DNA of 64,000 nucleotides from Parvibaculaceae bacterium (GCA_963457525.1 OY734805.1:2138900-2202899), one strand, 5' to 3'. Numbered from the stretch's first letter, positions 31,785-42,538 are shown. Program-made: numbers and translations. The notes: generated by a model not told the origin, from the sequence alone.

Positions 31785-32588
31785 CTAAATTCCCTCGAAA
31801 ACGAGCTCCATTCCGTCATATGCCGGCTCAACACCCTCGGGAAGCGAACGCGCGAGCGCCGCGTAATCGAGGTCCACATGCAGGTTGGTGAGAATGCCCC
31901 GTCGCGGCCGGATCCTCCCGAGCCACTCGAGGGCGGTCTCAACGTTGGCATGGGTCGGATGCGGAGTGTGCCGGAGAGCATCAACAATCCAGGTATCCAC
32001 GCCTTCCAGGGCGCGGAAGCTCTCCTCCGGCAGCGCGTTCACATCGCTGCTATAGGCAACCGGCCCGCAGCGGAACCCGAGGGAATGGATTTTGCCGTGA
32101 ATTTGGTCAAATGCCTGCAATGTGACGGCGCCTCCCGCTCCTTCGATGTCCCACTTTTCATCCGCCCGAATTTCATGCGCCTTCAAAATGGGACGATAAT
32201 CGCTTTTTTCAATTTTCTCGAAACAATAGGCAAAGCGCGTGAAAAGCCGCTCGCGTGTGGCGCCGTCCATATATGCATCCATCACCTCGCCGTTACGCAG
32301 ATATAACGCGCGCAAATCATCAATGCCGTGGGTCTGGTCGGCGTGGTCGTGCGTATAAACAACGGCGTCCAGGCGGGTGACATCCGCGTCCAGCAACTGC
32401 ATCCGCAGATCCGGAGAAGTATCGATGAGAACGGTGGTCTTGCCGTGCGTGCCTGCCCTCTCCAGCAATATGGAGCAGCGGCGCCTTCGGTTGCGCGGCT
32501 CGTCCGGATCGCAAACCCCCCAGTCTCCCCCTATTCTCGGAACTCCCCCGGACGAACCACAGCCTAAAATCCGCACGCGCAGGCTCAT
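31785..32588 (-). CDS. MBL-fold metallo-hydrolase (PhnP-like)
   Basis: HxHxDH motif (YTHDHADQTHG) with further downstream His/Asp ligands. Starts at the internal Met MSLRVRILGCGSSGG. Confidence 0.7.
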   Translation of the reverse strand: MSLRVRILGCGSSGGVPRIGGDWGVCDPDEPRNRRRRCSILLERAGTHGKTTVLIDTSPDLRMQLLDADVTRLDAVVYTHDHADQTHGIDDLRALYLRNGEVMDAYMDGATRERLFTRFAYCFEKIEKSDYRPILKAHEIRADEKWDIEGAGGAVTLQAFDQIHGKIHSLGFRCGPVAYSSDVNALPEESFRALEGVDTWIVDALRHTPHPTHANVETALEWLGRIRPRRGILTNLHVDLDYAALARSLPEGVEPAYDGMELVFEGI

Positions 32589-32595
32589 GCCGGCC

Positions 32596-33375
32596 TCATG
32601 CCCGCGCAACCTTCGAAAACAAACGGTAGAAATTATCGCTGGTCTGCCGGGCGAACGCCCCCTCCTCCATTCCCAGCAATTGCGCTCCCCTCGCGGCGGT
32701 ATGGACGACAAAAGCTGGTTCGTTGCGTTTTCCCCGGTGCGGCATCGGCGCAAGATAGGGTGAATCGGTCTCAACGAGGATATATTCGGCAGGAAGCCCG
32801 GTGATAATCTCGCGCAACTCTTCCGCCTTGGAAAAAGTCACGATGCCCGAAAGCGATACATATATCCCCAGCTCAATAGCGGCATGGGCAAGCTGTTTTC
32901 CGGAACTGAAGCAATGCAGCACCGCGGGAAACGCCCCCTTGCCGGTTTCCTCCCGCAATATCGCCTCCATGTCCTCATCGGCCTGTCGGCTGTGAATGAC
33001 AAGCGGCAATCCGCTTCGGCGCGCGGCGTCGATGTGGGCGCGGAAACTTCGCTGCTGCGCCTCGCGCGGCGAATGTTCATAGTAATAATCGAGTCCGGTT
33101 TCGCCGATGGCAACGGTCTTGGGATGGCGCGCAAGCTCCAGAAGACGATCAGCGGTGACGTCCTCCTCGCCGGCAACCTCGTGGGGATGGACGCCCACGG
33201 AACAATAGACCCCTTCAAACCGTTCGGCAATTGCAGACACCTGGGGATACTCGTCCAGTCGGGTGCATATCGTAACGAGCCGCTCCACCCCCGCCTCGTG
33301 GGCCCGGGAGACAACCGTTTCGACATCATCGGCGAAGGCCTCCATGTTTAAATGGCAGTGACTATCGACCAGCAT
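32596..33375 (-). CDS. tatD: TatD-family deoxyribonuclease
   Basis: Begins MLVDSHCHL; 259-aa TIM-barrel metal-dependent hydrolase signature. Confidence 0.85.
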   Translation of the reverse strand: MLVDSHCHLNMEAFADDVETVVSRAHEAGVERLVTICTRLDEYPQVSAIAERFEGVYCSVGVHPHEVAGEEDVTADRLLELARHPKTVAIGETGLDYYYEHSPREAQQRSFRAHIDAARRSGLPLVIHSRQADEDMEAILREETGKGAFPAVLHCFSSGKQLAHAAIELGIYVSLSGIVTFSKAEELREIITGLPAEYILVETDSPYLAPMPHRGKRNEPAFVVHTAARGAQLLGMEEGAFARQTSDNFYRLFSKVARA

Positions 33376-34920
33376 TCAGTCTTTCCTCCCGGTAAGGCGC
33401 GGGAAAACGACTTCGGGTTCCGGTAAAGCCGTTCCCGGCACCAGCCTTCCCCGCGCGCCCGCAAAGGTGAAATCGCGGGCATTGTCCGCAACACCCAGCA
33501 GGTTCAGCATCTTTTCGCACGAGACCGGCATCAGCGCCTGTCCGAGCAACGCCGTCTGGCGCACAATCTCGGCCGTTACATACAACACGGTCGACATGCG
33601 GACGGGATCCGTCTTTCTGAGAACCCAGGGCTCCTGGGCGGAAAAATAACGGTTGGCTTCGCCTATCAACTCGATAATCTCCGCAGCCAGCAAATGCAAT
33701 CGCTGTTCGTGTACATGCGCGCGCGATCTTTCAACAAGGCCGTCCGCCTTCGCAAGCAATGCCTCGTCCTCCCCTTGCAGCTTCGAGGGTTCCGGCACCC
33801 TGCCCTCGCAATTCTTGGCAATCATGGATAAAGAACGTTGCGCCAAATTACCGAAGTCGTTTGAAAGCTCCGATTCTATCCGGCGAACCATCGTATCATG
33901 GTCGTAACTGCCGTCTTCGCCGAAGGGAACCTCGCGCAGGAAAAAGTAACGCATTGCATCGACGCCGTATGTCTTCGCCATCGCAAACGGGTCGACAACA
34001 TTGCCCAGGGATTTTGACATCTTCTCGCCCCGGGCCAGTAAAAACCCGTGGGAGAAAATTCGTTTCGGCAAAGGCAATCCCGCGGACATCAAAAATGCAG
34101 GCCAGTAGATCGAGTGAAACCGCACGATGTCTTTGCCGATGAGATGAATATCCGCGGGCCAAAAACTTTCGTAGCGGTCGTCGCTTGCATCGGGATAGCC
34201 CAATGCGGTGATGTAATTCGCCAGGGCGTCCGCCCATACATACACAATGTGCTTGGGGTTGCCCGGAACCGGAACGCCCCACGAAAAACTCGTGCGTGAA
34301 AGCGACAGGTCGTGCAGACCGGATTCAATAAAACGCATCATCTCGTTGCGGCGGGATTCCGGCGCGACAAAGCCGGGATTGTCCCGGAAATGCTTCAACA
34401 GCGGCTCTTGGTATTTCGACAGGCGGAAAAAGTAACTCTCCTCCTCGAGCCACTCGACTTTCGCGCCGTCCTTTGTTTGAAAGCCCCCCTTCCCGTCCTC
34501 CTCCAATTCGTCCTTGGTAAAGAACTGCTCGTCGCGAACCGAATACCATCCGTTGTACGAGCCCAGGTAGATATCCCCGTTGGCTTCCATGAGGCGCCAT
34601 AACTCCTGGACGCCGAGATGGTGCCGCTGTTCCGAGGTGCGAATGAAGTCATCGTTCGAGATATTCAGGCAGCGGGTCATCTCAACAAAACGCGGAACTA
34701 TCGCATCGGCGACTTCCTGGGGCGATATTCCCTGCTCGCGAGCGGTTTGATACATCTTTTGCCCGTGGTCGTCCGTGCCGGTCAGGAACCACACCCTTCG
34801 ACCGTCCAGGCGCCAAAAACGGGCTATCACATCGGTTGCAATCACCTCGTAGGCATGGCCGATATGCGGCGGCCCGTTCGGATATGAAATTGCGGTGGTT
34901 ATGTAAAAACGTTCCATCAA
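33376..34920 (-). CDS. metG: Methionine--tRNA ligase
   Basis: Class I HIGH (PNGPPHIGHAY) and KMSKS motifs. Confidence 0.95.
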   Translation of the reverse strand: MMERFYITTAISYPNGPPHIGHAYEVIATDVIARFWRLDGRRVWFLTGTDDHGQKMYQTAREQGISPQEVADAIVPRFVEMTRCLNISNDDFIRTSEQRHHLGVQELWRLMEANGDIYLGSYNGWYSVRDEQFFTKDELEEDGKGGFQTKDGAKVEWLEEESYFFRLSKYQEPLLKHFRDNPGFVAPESRRNEMMRFIESGLHDLSLSRTSFSWGVPVPGNPKHIVYVWADALANYITALGYPDASDDRYESFWPADIHLIGKDIVRFHSIYWPAFLMSAGLPLPKRIFSHGFLLARGEKMSKSLGNVVDPFAMAKTYGVDAMRYFFLREVPFGEDGSYDHDTMVRRIESELSNDFGNLAQRSLSMIAKNCEGRVPEPSKLQGEDEALLAKADGLVERSRAHVHEQRLHLLAAEIIELIGEANRYFSAQEPWVLRKTDPVRMSTVLYVTAEIVRQTALLGQALMPVSCEKMLNLLGVADNARDFTFAGARGRLVPGTALPEPEVVFPRLTGRKD

Positions 34921-35903
34921 ATCTCTCTTTTCTGTGCGGCCGCCTCTATTTGCGCGAAAGCAAGCAACAGCGTCTGTTTGCGATTCATCTGCAAACGTTC
35001 GACGCCATCGAGCCAGCCATCAATCTTTTCCCACACACCAATCCATAAATCAATCATACAGTCGGATGCAAGATGCTCCAACAAACGGGCCTCTCCTGCC
35101 GGGAAGGCCCCTCCCCCTGCCGATGCACGAATAAAACGCTCCAAAAAACCCCGGAGCAATTCCATAAACTCGCGATAGAGCTTTTCCTGGTCCAGCGCGC
35201 TTAAACGGTCGGCAAAGGCATGCGCGGCGGACATATCGAAACGATCCGGCAGCCCTTCAAACAGGGACATCATATCAGCATAAAGCTCCAATCCGCCGTT
35301 TTCCACCAGCGCAAAAGCGCGCCCGGGGCTTCCCTCCGACAACAGCAGCAGCGTTTCATGCTGTTCGGCGGCCAGATCGGGGTAGTTTTGCCGCAACAGC
35401 CCAAGCATCTCGTCCCTGCCCAAAGGGCTGAGCCGAAGACGCCTGCAACGCGAAAGCAGCGTCGGCAGCAGGCGTTCCGGCTGGTGGGACACCAGCAGAA
35501 ACAGGCTTTGTCGAGGCGGTTCCTCCAAAATCTTCAATAAGGCGTTCGCGGCATTGAGATTCATCTCGTCGGCGCTATCGATGATGCAGGCGCGCCAACC
35601 GTCGCGCGCGGCGCTCTTGGAAAAGAAATCCGAGACACGTCGAACATTTTCCACCGAGATGAAGGACTTGTGCCGCTTACGCTTGTCGTCCCATTCACGC
35701 TCCAGCACGAGCAGGTCGGGATGCGCGAAGGCGGCGTCCTCGCCCCCGGGAATGTCGAGCAGATGCCCTATGAAATCGCGCGCGAGACTCGCTTTGCCGA
35801 TTCCCCTTCGTCCGCACAGCAGCCAGGCGTGGTGCATCCGCCCCCCTTGCAGGGCCGAATCCCAAAGCGCAATTGCCGAATCATGCCCACGTATTTCGCT
35901 CAT
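34917..35903 (-). CDS. holB: DNA polymerase III subunit delta'
   Basis: AAA+-like Walker A (GRRGIGKASLA); sits in the conserved metG-holB-tmk run. Confidence 0.8.
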   Translation of the reverse strand: MSEIRGHDSAIALWDSALQGGRMHHAWLLCGRRGIGKASLARDFIGHLLDIPGGEDAAFAHPDLLVLEREWDDKRKRHKSFISVENVRRVSDFFSKSAARDGWRACIIDSADEMNLNAANALLKILEEPPRQSLFLLVSHQPERLLPTLLSRCRRLRLSPLGRDEMLGLLRQNYPDLAAEQHETLLLLSEGSPGRAFALVENGGLELYADMMSLFEGLPDRFDMSAAHAFADRLSALDQEKLYREFMELLRGFLERFIRASAGGGAFPAGEARLLEHLASDCMIDLWIGVWEKIDGWLDGVERLQMNRKQTLLLAFAQIEAAAQKREI

Positions 35904-36553
35904 GGGAATTTTACGCCCAGACGCTCCCGGCAGATTGTTTCGATGCGCTCGGCGACTTTCTCCTCGGGCGCGTCGGCATCAATGACAACGCAGCGTTCGG
36001 GGTCATCCTTGGCGATCTCCAAGAACGCCGCGCGGATCTTTTTGTGAAATTCAATCATCTTGCCGTCATAGTAAGAGAGTTCTCCGTCGCGCGCACGCAC
36101 CCGCTCCAGGGATTTCTCCGCCGCGACATCCAGCACAAAAGTCAGGTCGGGTTGCGTTTTTCCGACCACCAGGGCATTCAGCGCCTTTATATCCTTAATG
36201 TCCCCTCCGAGCGCATATCCCTGGTAGGCGAGCGTTGAGTCGGCGAACCGGTCGCACAGCACCCACCTCCCCTCCCCCAAAGCCGGACGGATGACTTTTT
36301 CCAAATGCTCGAGGCGGTCAAGCCCGAAAAGCAAAGCTTCGCTCATCGGAGAAAGCCGCATCGATTCATCGTTTGTATGAAGAAGAACTTCCCGCACCTG
36401 CCGGCCGGCCTTCGTGCCGCCCGGCTCGCGCGTCGTCCTACTCGCAATATCCGACTTCCCGAGTCGGCGGTGCAATCGTTCAACCTGGGTTGATTTACCC
36501 GTGCCCTCCCCCCCCTCGAAGGAAAGAAAATATCCGCGTGCTTCTCCCATCAA
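35900..36553 (-). CDS. tmk: Thymidylate kinase
   Basis: Begins FLSFEGGEGTGKSTQ. Confidence 0.9.
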   Translation of the reverse strand: MMGEARGYFLSFEGGEGTGKSTQVERLHRRLGKSDIASRTTREPGGTKAGRQVREVLLHTNDESMRLSPMSEALLFGLDRLEHLEKVIRPALGEGRWVLCDRFADSTLAYQGYALGGDIKDIKALNALVVGKTQPDLTFVLDVAAEKSLERVRARDGELSYYDGKMIEFHKKIRAAFLEIAKDDPERCVVIDADAPEEKVAERIETICRERLGVKFP

Positions 36554-37707
36554 GGAACGGGCGGATAAATCATCGATTCAAGCGTAGCAAGCGCCCGCGC
36601 GAACATTCCCGAACGTTTTATCGCATGCTTGCTCCACAACGGAACCTCAACACTCTTTGTCTGCGGCGCGCTGAATATCAGACGCGCAACGGGCGTTTCT
36701 GTGTCAATGGGAGCATACAGGGGATTCTCGTAAACCACCTTCGCTTCAAGCTGGCTTCGCTGTCCCGGAGTCCAAACGACCTCGACCGGTTCGCGCACAA
36801 CGAGATCGGCATGACGATGCTCTCCGTGCCACACGGGAACCTTGGCAACCGTTTCTCCCGCGTTGATCAAACGATAAGGGCGAAATGCCGAAAACCCCCA
36901 GCGCAACAACCGGCGCGCCTCTTGCGACCGCTTTTGTTTTGATTCGAGCCCGTTTACAACAAGAATGAGCCGTTGCCCGTCTTTTCTGGCGGAAGCAACC
37001 AGTCCGTATCCGGATTCCTCCGTGTGTCCGGTTTTTAATCCATCCACTCCCATCCCGGAGCCCAGCAGCGGGTTTCGATTAAACTGCCTGATGCCGTTCC
37101 ATTCGAATTCCCTCTCCGCATAGTAGGCATGATGGTCGGGCTGCTCGAGCACGATGTAGCGCGCCACTCGGGCGAGGTCCATCGCCGAAGTGTAATGTTC
37201 CGGATCTGGCCAGCCGCTCGAATTGACGAAGTTTGAGTTCTCCATTCCCAACTCCTTTGCACGGTGATTCATTTGCAAGGCAAAGGCGCTTTCCGAGCCG
37301 GCAATGCCCTCGGCGATGGCGATGGATGCGTCATTTGCCGATTGCACGATAACCCCTCGAACCAGGTCTTCCAGGCGAATCAAAGAATTCGGGTCAGCAA
37401 ACATCGTCGACGAGCCCGACTTCGCCCCTCCCCTCTTCCAGGCATCCTCGCTCACCAGCAATTCATCCTCCAGCGAAATTTCCCCCGCCTTAATCTTGTC
37501 AAACAGCAGCAGCATCGACATCAATTTACTCATGCTTGCCGGCATCATTCGGGCATCGCCGTTCTTTTCGAATAAAACCGCTCCGCTTTCCGCATCCATC
37601 AAAACCGCATAAGAGGCGGAAGTGTCCTGTTGCGCCACAGCCAAACGAAAAGGCGCAAGCGCAAATACAAAAACAACAGCGGCGAGGAAATATAACTTTC
37701 GGTTCAT
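36550..37707 (-). CDS. Serine-type D-Ala-D-Ala carboxypeptidase (PBP5/6-like)
   Basis: Signal peptide, then SMSK (SxxK), SAND (SxN) and KTG triads. Confidence 0.85.
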   Translation of the reverse strand: MNRKLYFLAAVVFVFALAPFRLAVAQQDTSASYAVLMDAESGAVLFEKNGDARMMPASMSKLMSMLLLFDKIKAGEISLEDELLVSEDAWKRGGAKSGSSTMFADPNSLIRLEDLVRGVIVQSANDASIAIAEGIAGSESAFALQMNHRAKELGMENSNFVNSSGWPDPEHYTSAMDLARVARYIVLEQPDHHAYYAEREFEWNGIRQFNRNPLLGSGMGVDGLKTGHTEESGYGLVASARKDGQRLILVVNGLESKQKRSQEARRLLRWGFSAFRPYRLINAGETVAKVPVWHGEHRHADLVVREPVEVVWTPGQRSQLEAKVVYENPLYAPIDTETPVARLIFSAPQTKSVEVPLWSKHAIKRSGMFARALATLESMIYPPVP

Positions 37708-37737
37708 GTTCTTTTTTCTCTTTCCATTAACTGCGGA

Positions 37738-38514
37738 TCAGGAGCCCCCGGTTCCAAAGGTGCGCTCCTCAACCTCGATAATCTGCGCACGGGAAAAGCC
37801 GCTGTCGCGGACTTTCTGCAGGGTGAGGCTCGCTGCATTCCAATCTCTCCAAGGCCCCAAGCGAATGCGATAGACAGTCCCGTTGTTCGTGGCAATCGTG
37901 TTGATGTGAGAATTTCCAAAGCGGCTCAAGATGTCACGCAAACTTACAGCGTTTTCATAGCTCTGCAGCGCCCCGGCCTGCACGAATAAATCCCGCCGAG
38001 AGACTTTGGGCGCCGTCCTGCTCGGCGCCTTCGCTACAGGCTGCCCTTTGTCCGGACCGCCGGCGAGATATTTCACCCGAACCTTGGCAACGCCCTGGTG
38101 TCGAAATCCCAAGTCCTCCGCCGCACGACGCGATACGTCTATAATACGATCCTTCACAAAGGGACCGCGGTCATTCACGCGCAAGACCAGGGAGCGCCCG
38201 TTATCGAGATTGGTCACGCGCACAAGCGTGGGCATCGGCAAGGTCGTATGCGCGGCCGTGAGCGCGTCTTGGTCGAAAATTTCGCCGTTGGCGGTCTTAT
38301 TGCCGTGGAAGCCGGGGCCGTACCACGAGGCAAGCCCGATTTCATCATAGTTGGGGTCATGTTCCGGGTAATACCACTGCCCCTTAATCTGGTACGGTTT
38401 GCCGATTTTATACTTGCCCGTAAGCGGCGGGTGATCATCCCATAGCGGGCCCAGCGAGCAGGCCGAAAGCATCAGCATCGCAAAGACAAGGATGTTAACG
38501 CGTGCAAATGTCAT
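37738..38514 (-). CDS. rlpA: Septal ring lytic transglycosylase RlpA (DPBB + SPOR domains)
   Basis: Lipobox LSAC; a DPBB domain (GLASWYGPGFHGNKTANGE...VTNLDNGRSLVLRVNDRGP) and a C-terminal SPOR-like domain. Confidence 0.85.
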   Translation of the reverse strand: MTFARVNILVFAMLMLSACSLGPLWDDHPPLTGKYKIGKPYQIKGQWYYPEHDPNYDEIGLASWYGPGFHGNKTANGEIFDQDALTAAHTTLPMPTLVRVTNLDNGRSLVLRVNDRGPFVKDRIIDVSRRAAEDLGFRHQGVAKVRVKYLAGGPDKGQPVAKAPSRTAPKVSRRDLFVQAGALQSYENAVSLRDILSRFGNSHINTIATNNGTVYRIRLGPWRDWNAASLTLQKVRDSGFSRAQIIEVEERTFGTGGS

Positions 38515-39602
38515 GAGAGCGGCCTTAATGCTGACGGCGACCAGCCGATGCTCGTCTGCTCCCCGGCGGAGAGAATGGGTCTGCCTGTGGTGTTACGCAT
38601 GGTTACAACAATGGGTTCCTCTATAGCGTCTAATTCCATGTAATAATAGGTCATATCGCCGTAATATGCCACATTGGCGACTTTTGCCGGAACGCTGCGC
38701 TCTGCCGGCAGGTTTGCCTCCAGCAACAGCGACATATGCTCGGGCCGCATTCCCAGCGTGATATCGCCCGATTTGGGCGCGAAACCTTCGGGGCGCTCCA
38801 CCTCCACCTCCCCGAACGCGGGGATGTCGACGCGAAGGGTTTGCCCGGGAGATTCGCGCAGCCGTCCATTGAGGAAGTTCATGCCGCCGATAAAATCGGC
38901 GACACGCAGGTTAACGGGACGGTCATAGACTTCCTGCGGAGTCGCGAGTTGGGCGATTTTGCCCTCGAACATCACGGCGATGCGGTCGGACATGGTGAGA
39001 GCTTCTTCCTGGTCGTGGGTGACAAGAATGAAAGTGATGCCGACCTGGAGTTGCAAGCGCCGAAGTTCGAGTTGCATTTGTTCGCGCAGCTTTTTATCAA
39101 GCGCGGAAAGAGGCTCGTCCAAGAGCAGGACTTTCGGGCGCAACACGAGCGCGCGTGCAAGGGCGACGCGCTGCTTTTGCCCGCCGGAGAGCTCCTGCGG
39201 GCGACGTTGGTCGTAACCTTCGAGTCCGACCATCGCGAGCGCTTCGTGAACCCGCCTGATATGTTCGCTCTTATCGAGGCGGAGCGAGCGCAGCCCGAAA
39301 CCGACATTGTCGACAACGTTCAAGTGCGGGAAAATTGCATAATTTTGAAACACCATGTTCGAAGGCCGCAAGTTCGCGGGCACGCCGGTCATGTCTTGTT
39401 CATCGATGAAGATTTTGCCCTCGCTCGGCTCGATGAGTCCGGCAATGCATGAAAGCAGGGAGGTTTTCCCGCATCCGGACGGTCCCAGCAGAGAAAAGAA
39501 TTCACCCCGGCGCACTTCAAGGTCGACATTGTCGATCGCATGAAAGTCGCCGTATCTTTTGCTGATTCCCTCGGCCCGGATGATGGGGGCGTGCTGCTGC
39601 AT
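38511..39602 (-). CDS. ABC transporter ATP-binding subunit, spermidine/putrescine (PotA) type
   Basis: Walker A GPSGCGKTS, signature LSGGQKQR, Walker B LLLDEP and a C-terminal TOBE-like domain. Starts at MQQHAPIIRAEGISKRY. Confidence 0.85.
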   Translation of the reverse strand: MQQHAPIIRAEGISKRYGDFHAIDNVDLEVRRGEFFSLLGPSGCGKTSLLSCIAGLIEPSEGKIFIDEQDMTGVPANLRPSNMVFQNYAIFPHLNVVDNVGFGLRSLRLDKSEHIRRVHEALAMVGLEGYDQRRPQELSGGQKQRVALARALVLRPKVLLLDEPLSALDKKLREQMQLELRRLQLQVGITFILVTHDQEEALTMSDRIAVMFEGKIAQLATPQEVYDRPVNLRVADFIGGMNFLNGRLRESPGQTLRVDIPAFGEVEVERPEGFAPKSGDITLGMRPEHMSLLLEANLPAERSVPAKVANVAYYGDMTYYYMELDAIEEPIVVTMRNTTGRPILSAGEQTSIGWSPSALRPLS

Positions 39603-39619
39603 GATGAATCTCCCTCTTT

Positions 39620-40411
39620 TTATTTTACCGTTTGCATTCGTTTTTCCGCATGTCGGCGCAACAAGTCCGCGCCCCATAATAGCAGAAATGAGAATAAAAG
39701 TATCAGGCTTCCAAGCGCAAGAATGTTGGGGAGTTTTGCGATAAAGCGCAGCTGGCTCCATATGTATACCGGCAGGGTCGGCTCGTTTCCGGCAAGGAAG
39801 AAGGCAACCAGGAATTCGTCAAACGAAATTGTAAAGGTGATGAGCAAGCTCGCCAGCACGCCCGGCAGGATGAGCGGAAGCGTTACGCGCAAAAACACCC
39901 AGAAAGGCGTCTCCCCGAGGTCTTGTGCGGCGTATTCCAGGCTCTTATCGAGTCCCTCGAAGCTCGATCGCAGCACGATAATCGCAAACGGCAGGCATAG
40001 CAGGATGTGTCCGAGCGCGACGGTGAAGAGCGACAAATTGAGTCCGAGCTGCTGTAACACTATCAACAGCGAGATTCCGACAATGATTTCCGGAAGCACA
40101 AGCGGCGACATAATGAGTGCGGTAATGGGAGCGCGGCCGAGGAAGTTGTAATTTGTGATTGCGCGCGCGGCAAGCATTCCGAGCAACGTGCTCGTAAGCG
40201 CGGCGACGATTCCGACCTTGAGGCTGTTTTGCAGGGCGCTGTGCAGAACGGCTTCACCAAGCAGGTTCTTATACCATTGCGTCGTGAGCTCCTCGATGGG
40301 AAAGGAGACTATCGGCGATGCATTAAAAGAAAAAATGGGTATCAGCAGCACCGGCAGATATAGAAAGAGTATGTATGCGAGCGCGTAGATGCCGAGAGAT
40401 TTCTTTCCCAT
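39620..40411 (-). CDS. ABC transporter permease (PotC-like)
   Basis: Six-TM BPD_transp_1 permease. Start placed at the internal ATG (MGKKSLGIYA), 5 nt after the upstream stop; the listed GTG at 40450 is an alternative. Confidence 0.75.
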   Translation of the reverse strand: MGKKSLGIYALAYILFLYLPVLLIPIFSFNASPIVSFPIEELTTQWYKNLLGEAVLHSALQNSLKVGIVAALTSTLLGMLAARAITNYNFLGRAPITALIMSPLVLPEIIVGISLLIVLQQLGLNLSLFTVALGHILLCLPFAIIVLRSSFEGLDKSLEYAAQDLGETPFWVFLRVTLPLILPGVLASLLITFTISFDEFLVAFFLAGNEPTLPVYIWSQLRFIAKLPNILALGSLILLFSFLLLWGADLLRRHAEKRMQTVK

Positions 40412-40416
40412 TCCCG

Positions 40417-41286
40417 TCACCTTATCCGTTTGATGAATGCACGCAGGCACACGACCATCGTTACCGAAAGGATGGCAACGATGATCATGGCGTTAACCGC
40501 GAGCGCGGCGCCGAGGGGCCAGTTGTTCGCCTTGGAGACCTGGAGGCGTATCATGTTCGCGATCATGACGCCGTCCTTGCCGCCGACAAGTCCGGGAGTG
40601 ATGTAGTCGCCGACAGTCGGTATGAAAACAATGAGCAGGGCCGCAATGACTCCGGGCATGGAGAGCGGCAGAATGACCCGGTAGAAACGCCGCCATGCGG
40701 CATCGCCGAGGTCGCGTGCGGCGTTGATGAGCGAGCGGTCGATTTTCTCGAGTGATACGAAAATGGGAAGTATGGCAAAAGGTCCCCATGCGTGTGTAAG
40801 CGTAATGACGACGGCGTTGACGTTGTAGAGCATTGCGCGGATGGGTTCATCAATGATTCCAAGTCCGATGAGTCCGGAGTTAAGCACGCCGTTGTATCCG
40901 AGCATGATTTTCCAGGCAAAAACCCGAAGCAGGTAGCTTGTCCAGAAAGGTATGGTGATGAGGAACAGCCAAAGGGTTTTGCGCTCCTGGGGCACATGGA
41001 AGGAGATGTAATATGCAAGCGGATAGGCAAGAGTCACCGTGAAGAAGGTCACGACCGCGGAAATCCCCAGCGAACGCCACATGAGGGTTGTATAGATGGG
41101 CTCGCTCCACGCGGCGATGTAGTTTGCCCATGTAAAGTTTTTATCGATGTCGAGATAGTTTTGCGTCCAGAAGCTGAAGGTGATGATCGTAAAAATCGGC
41201 ACCACCAGCATCGCGGCGGCGTAGATGAAGGGAGCGCCAATAAGCAACGTAGCGCGTTTGCCGTTTGCTTCTCCCTCGGCGGACAT
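40417..41286 (-). CDS. ABC transporter permease (PotB-like)
   Basis: 289-aa membrane protein with the permease EAA-like loop (AARDLGA.W.RFYRVILPL). Confidence 0.8.
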   Translation of the reverse strand: MSAEGEANGKRATLLIGAPFIYAAAMLVVPIFTIITFSFWTQNYLDIDKNFTWANYIAAWSEPIYTTLMWRSLGISAVVTFFTVTLAYPLAYYISFHVPQERKTLWLFLITIPFWTSYLLRVFAWKIMLGYNGVLNSGLIGLGIIDEPIRAMLYNVNAVVITLTHAWGPFAILPIFVSLEKIDRSLINAARDLGDAAWRRFYRVILPLSMPGVIAALLIVFIPTVGDYITPGLVGGKDGVMIANMIRLQVSKANNWPLGAALAVNAMIIVAILSVTMVVCLRAFIKRIR

Positions 41287-41288
41287 GT

Positions 41289-42515
41289 TCAGCCGGCCTT
41301 TACGGCGAGGTCCTGATTGGCTTTCTCGAGCAAACCCGCGGGCGGCTCTTTGTCCAGGTCAAGCACCGGCAAGACGGCGCGCAAATGGTCGTGATGGCTT
41401 CGTACGCCATACTCAAGGTCGGAGAGGCACACGCCCCGATAGGCGGACGAGAGCGCGGCTTCACATGACCAAATGGTTAGTTGTATGTCCTCTTCGATGG
41501 TATCGCGGTCGATGCGCGAGGAGAGATACCGCGCGACACGAGTTGCACGGTCTTCATCGGCATAGCCATAGACGGCGCCGCGCTGATAGGAGCGCCGCGC
41601 CGAGAGCGGAAATTCTTGATAGAAGCCGATGGAGTCGGGATAGAAAGTGAGCACGGCGTTGGGGAAAATACCGAGATAAATCCAGAGCTTTTGGTGGCTT
41701 TCGGGAAGATGGGGCATGTCGGGAAGGATGCGCTTGTAGTTTCGCACCGACCACAGCCCGCCCTCTTTTTTGTTGAAGCGTCCGACCGTGCGCGAAGTTC
41801 CGCCGATATAGGCGCCGTCTTGATAGAGACCGCCATAAAGGTCGTTGAGGGCCGGGTGCGCGCGTTCCACGTGGTATCCCTCGTTATCAACATCGCGCAC
41901 GGCTTTCCAGTTGACGTCTGTTTCGACGTGCCAAAAACTTCCCGGCGAACGCAGCGGCCGGGAAAAGTAAGGCTCCAGTTCGCTTTTGTGGGGCGCCATG
42001 ATGTCCGCAATCGACGGTTGCGAACTCGGCTTGAAGCGCACAAACAAGAAGCCGAACCACTCTTCCATTTCCAGCGGCGGAAGCGTGCGCCGCAAATCTT
42101 CGAGGGGCGGAAAACTATCGGGCTGTGCGGGAGAACGCAACGTTCCATCGTGATTGAAGCACCAGCCGTGGAACGGACAAGAAATGACCGCACCGACGCG
42201 GCCCGCGGGCTTGTCGAAGACCCGGGAGCCCCGGTGCGGGCAGACATTATGAAAGGCGCGGACAACCCCGTCGCGCCCGCGCAGGAGAACCCCGCGCTCG
42301 CCGAGCATATCGAAGCAGAAATAATCCCCTGCTTCCGGGATGTCGCTTTCGTGCCCGGCCAGCTGCCAGGTCTTCCGGAAGAGCTCTTCCTGTTCGAGTT
42401 GCGTAAGTTCTTCGCTGAAGTAACTCCATCCGGGCAGCCCGCGCCGGTCCCATTGGTTGGGGGGAGTCTCGACGCGGGGCTGTGCTTGTCTCCAGATGGA
42501 TTCTCTCGCGAGCAT
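41289..42515 (-). CDS. Rieske [2Fe-2S] non-heme-iron oxygenase alpha subunit embedded in the ABC-importer operon
   Basis: Rieske motif CPHRG...CPFHGW; a C-terminal catalytic domain carries candidate mononuclear-iron ligands (NEGYHVERAH and a downstream Asp). Stop and start are each within 3 nt of neighbouring transporter genes. Confidence 0.75.
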   Translation of the reverse strand: MLARESIWRQAQPRVETPPNQWDRRGLPGWSYFSEELTQLEQEELFRKTWQLAGHESDIPEAGDYFCFDMLGERGVLLRGRDGVVRAFHNVCPHRGSRVFDKPAGRVGAVISCPFHGWCFNHDGTLRSPAQPDSFPPLEDLRRTLPPLEMEEWFGFLFVRFKPSSQPSIADIMAPHKSELEPYFSRPLRSPGSFWHVETDVNWKAVRDVDNEGYHVERAHPALNDLYGGLYQDGAYIGGTSRTVGRFNKKEGGLWSVRNYKRILPDMPHLPESHQKLWIYLGIFPNAVLTFYPDSIGFYQEFPLSARRSYQRGAVYGYADEDRATRVARYLSSRIDRDTIEEDIQLTIWSCEAALSSAYRGVCLSDLEYGVRSHHDHLRAVLPVLDLDKEPPAGLLEKANQDLAVKAG

Positions 42516-42538
42516 GCGAATCGCCGTTGATTGGAATC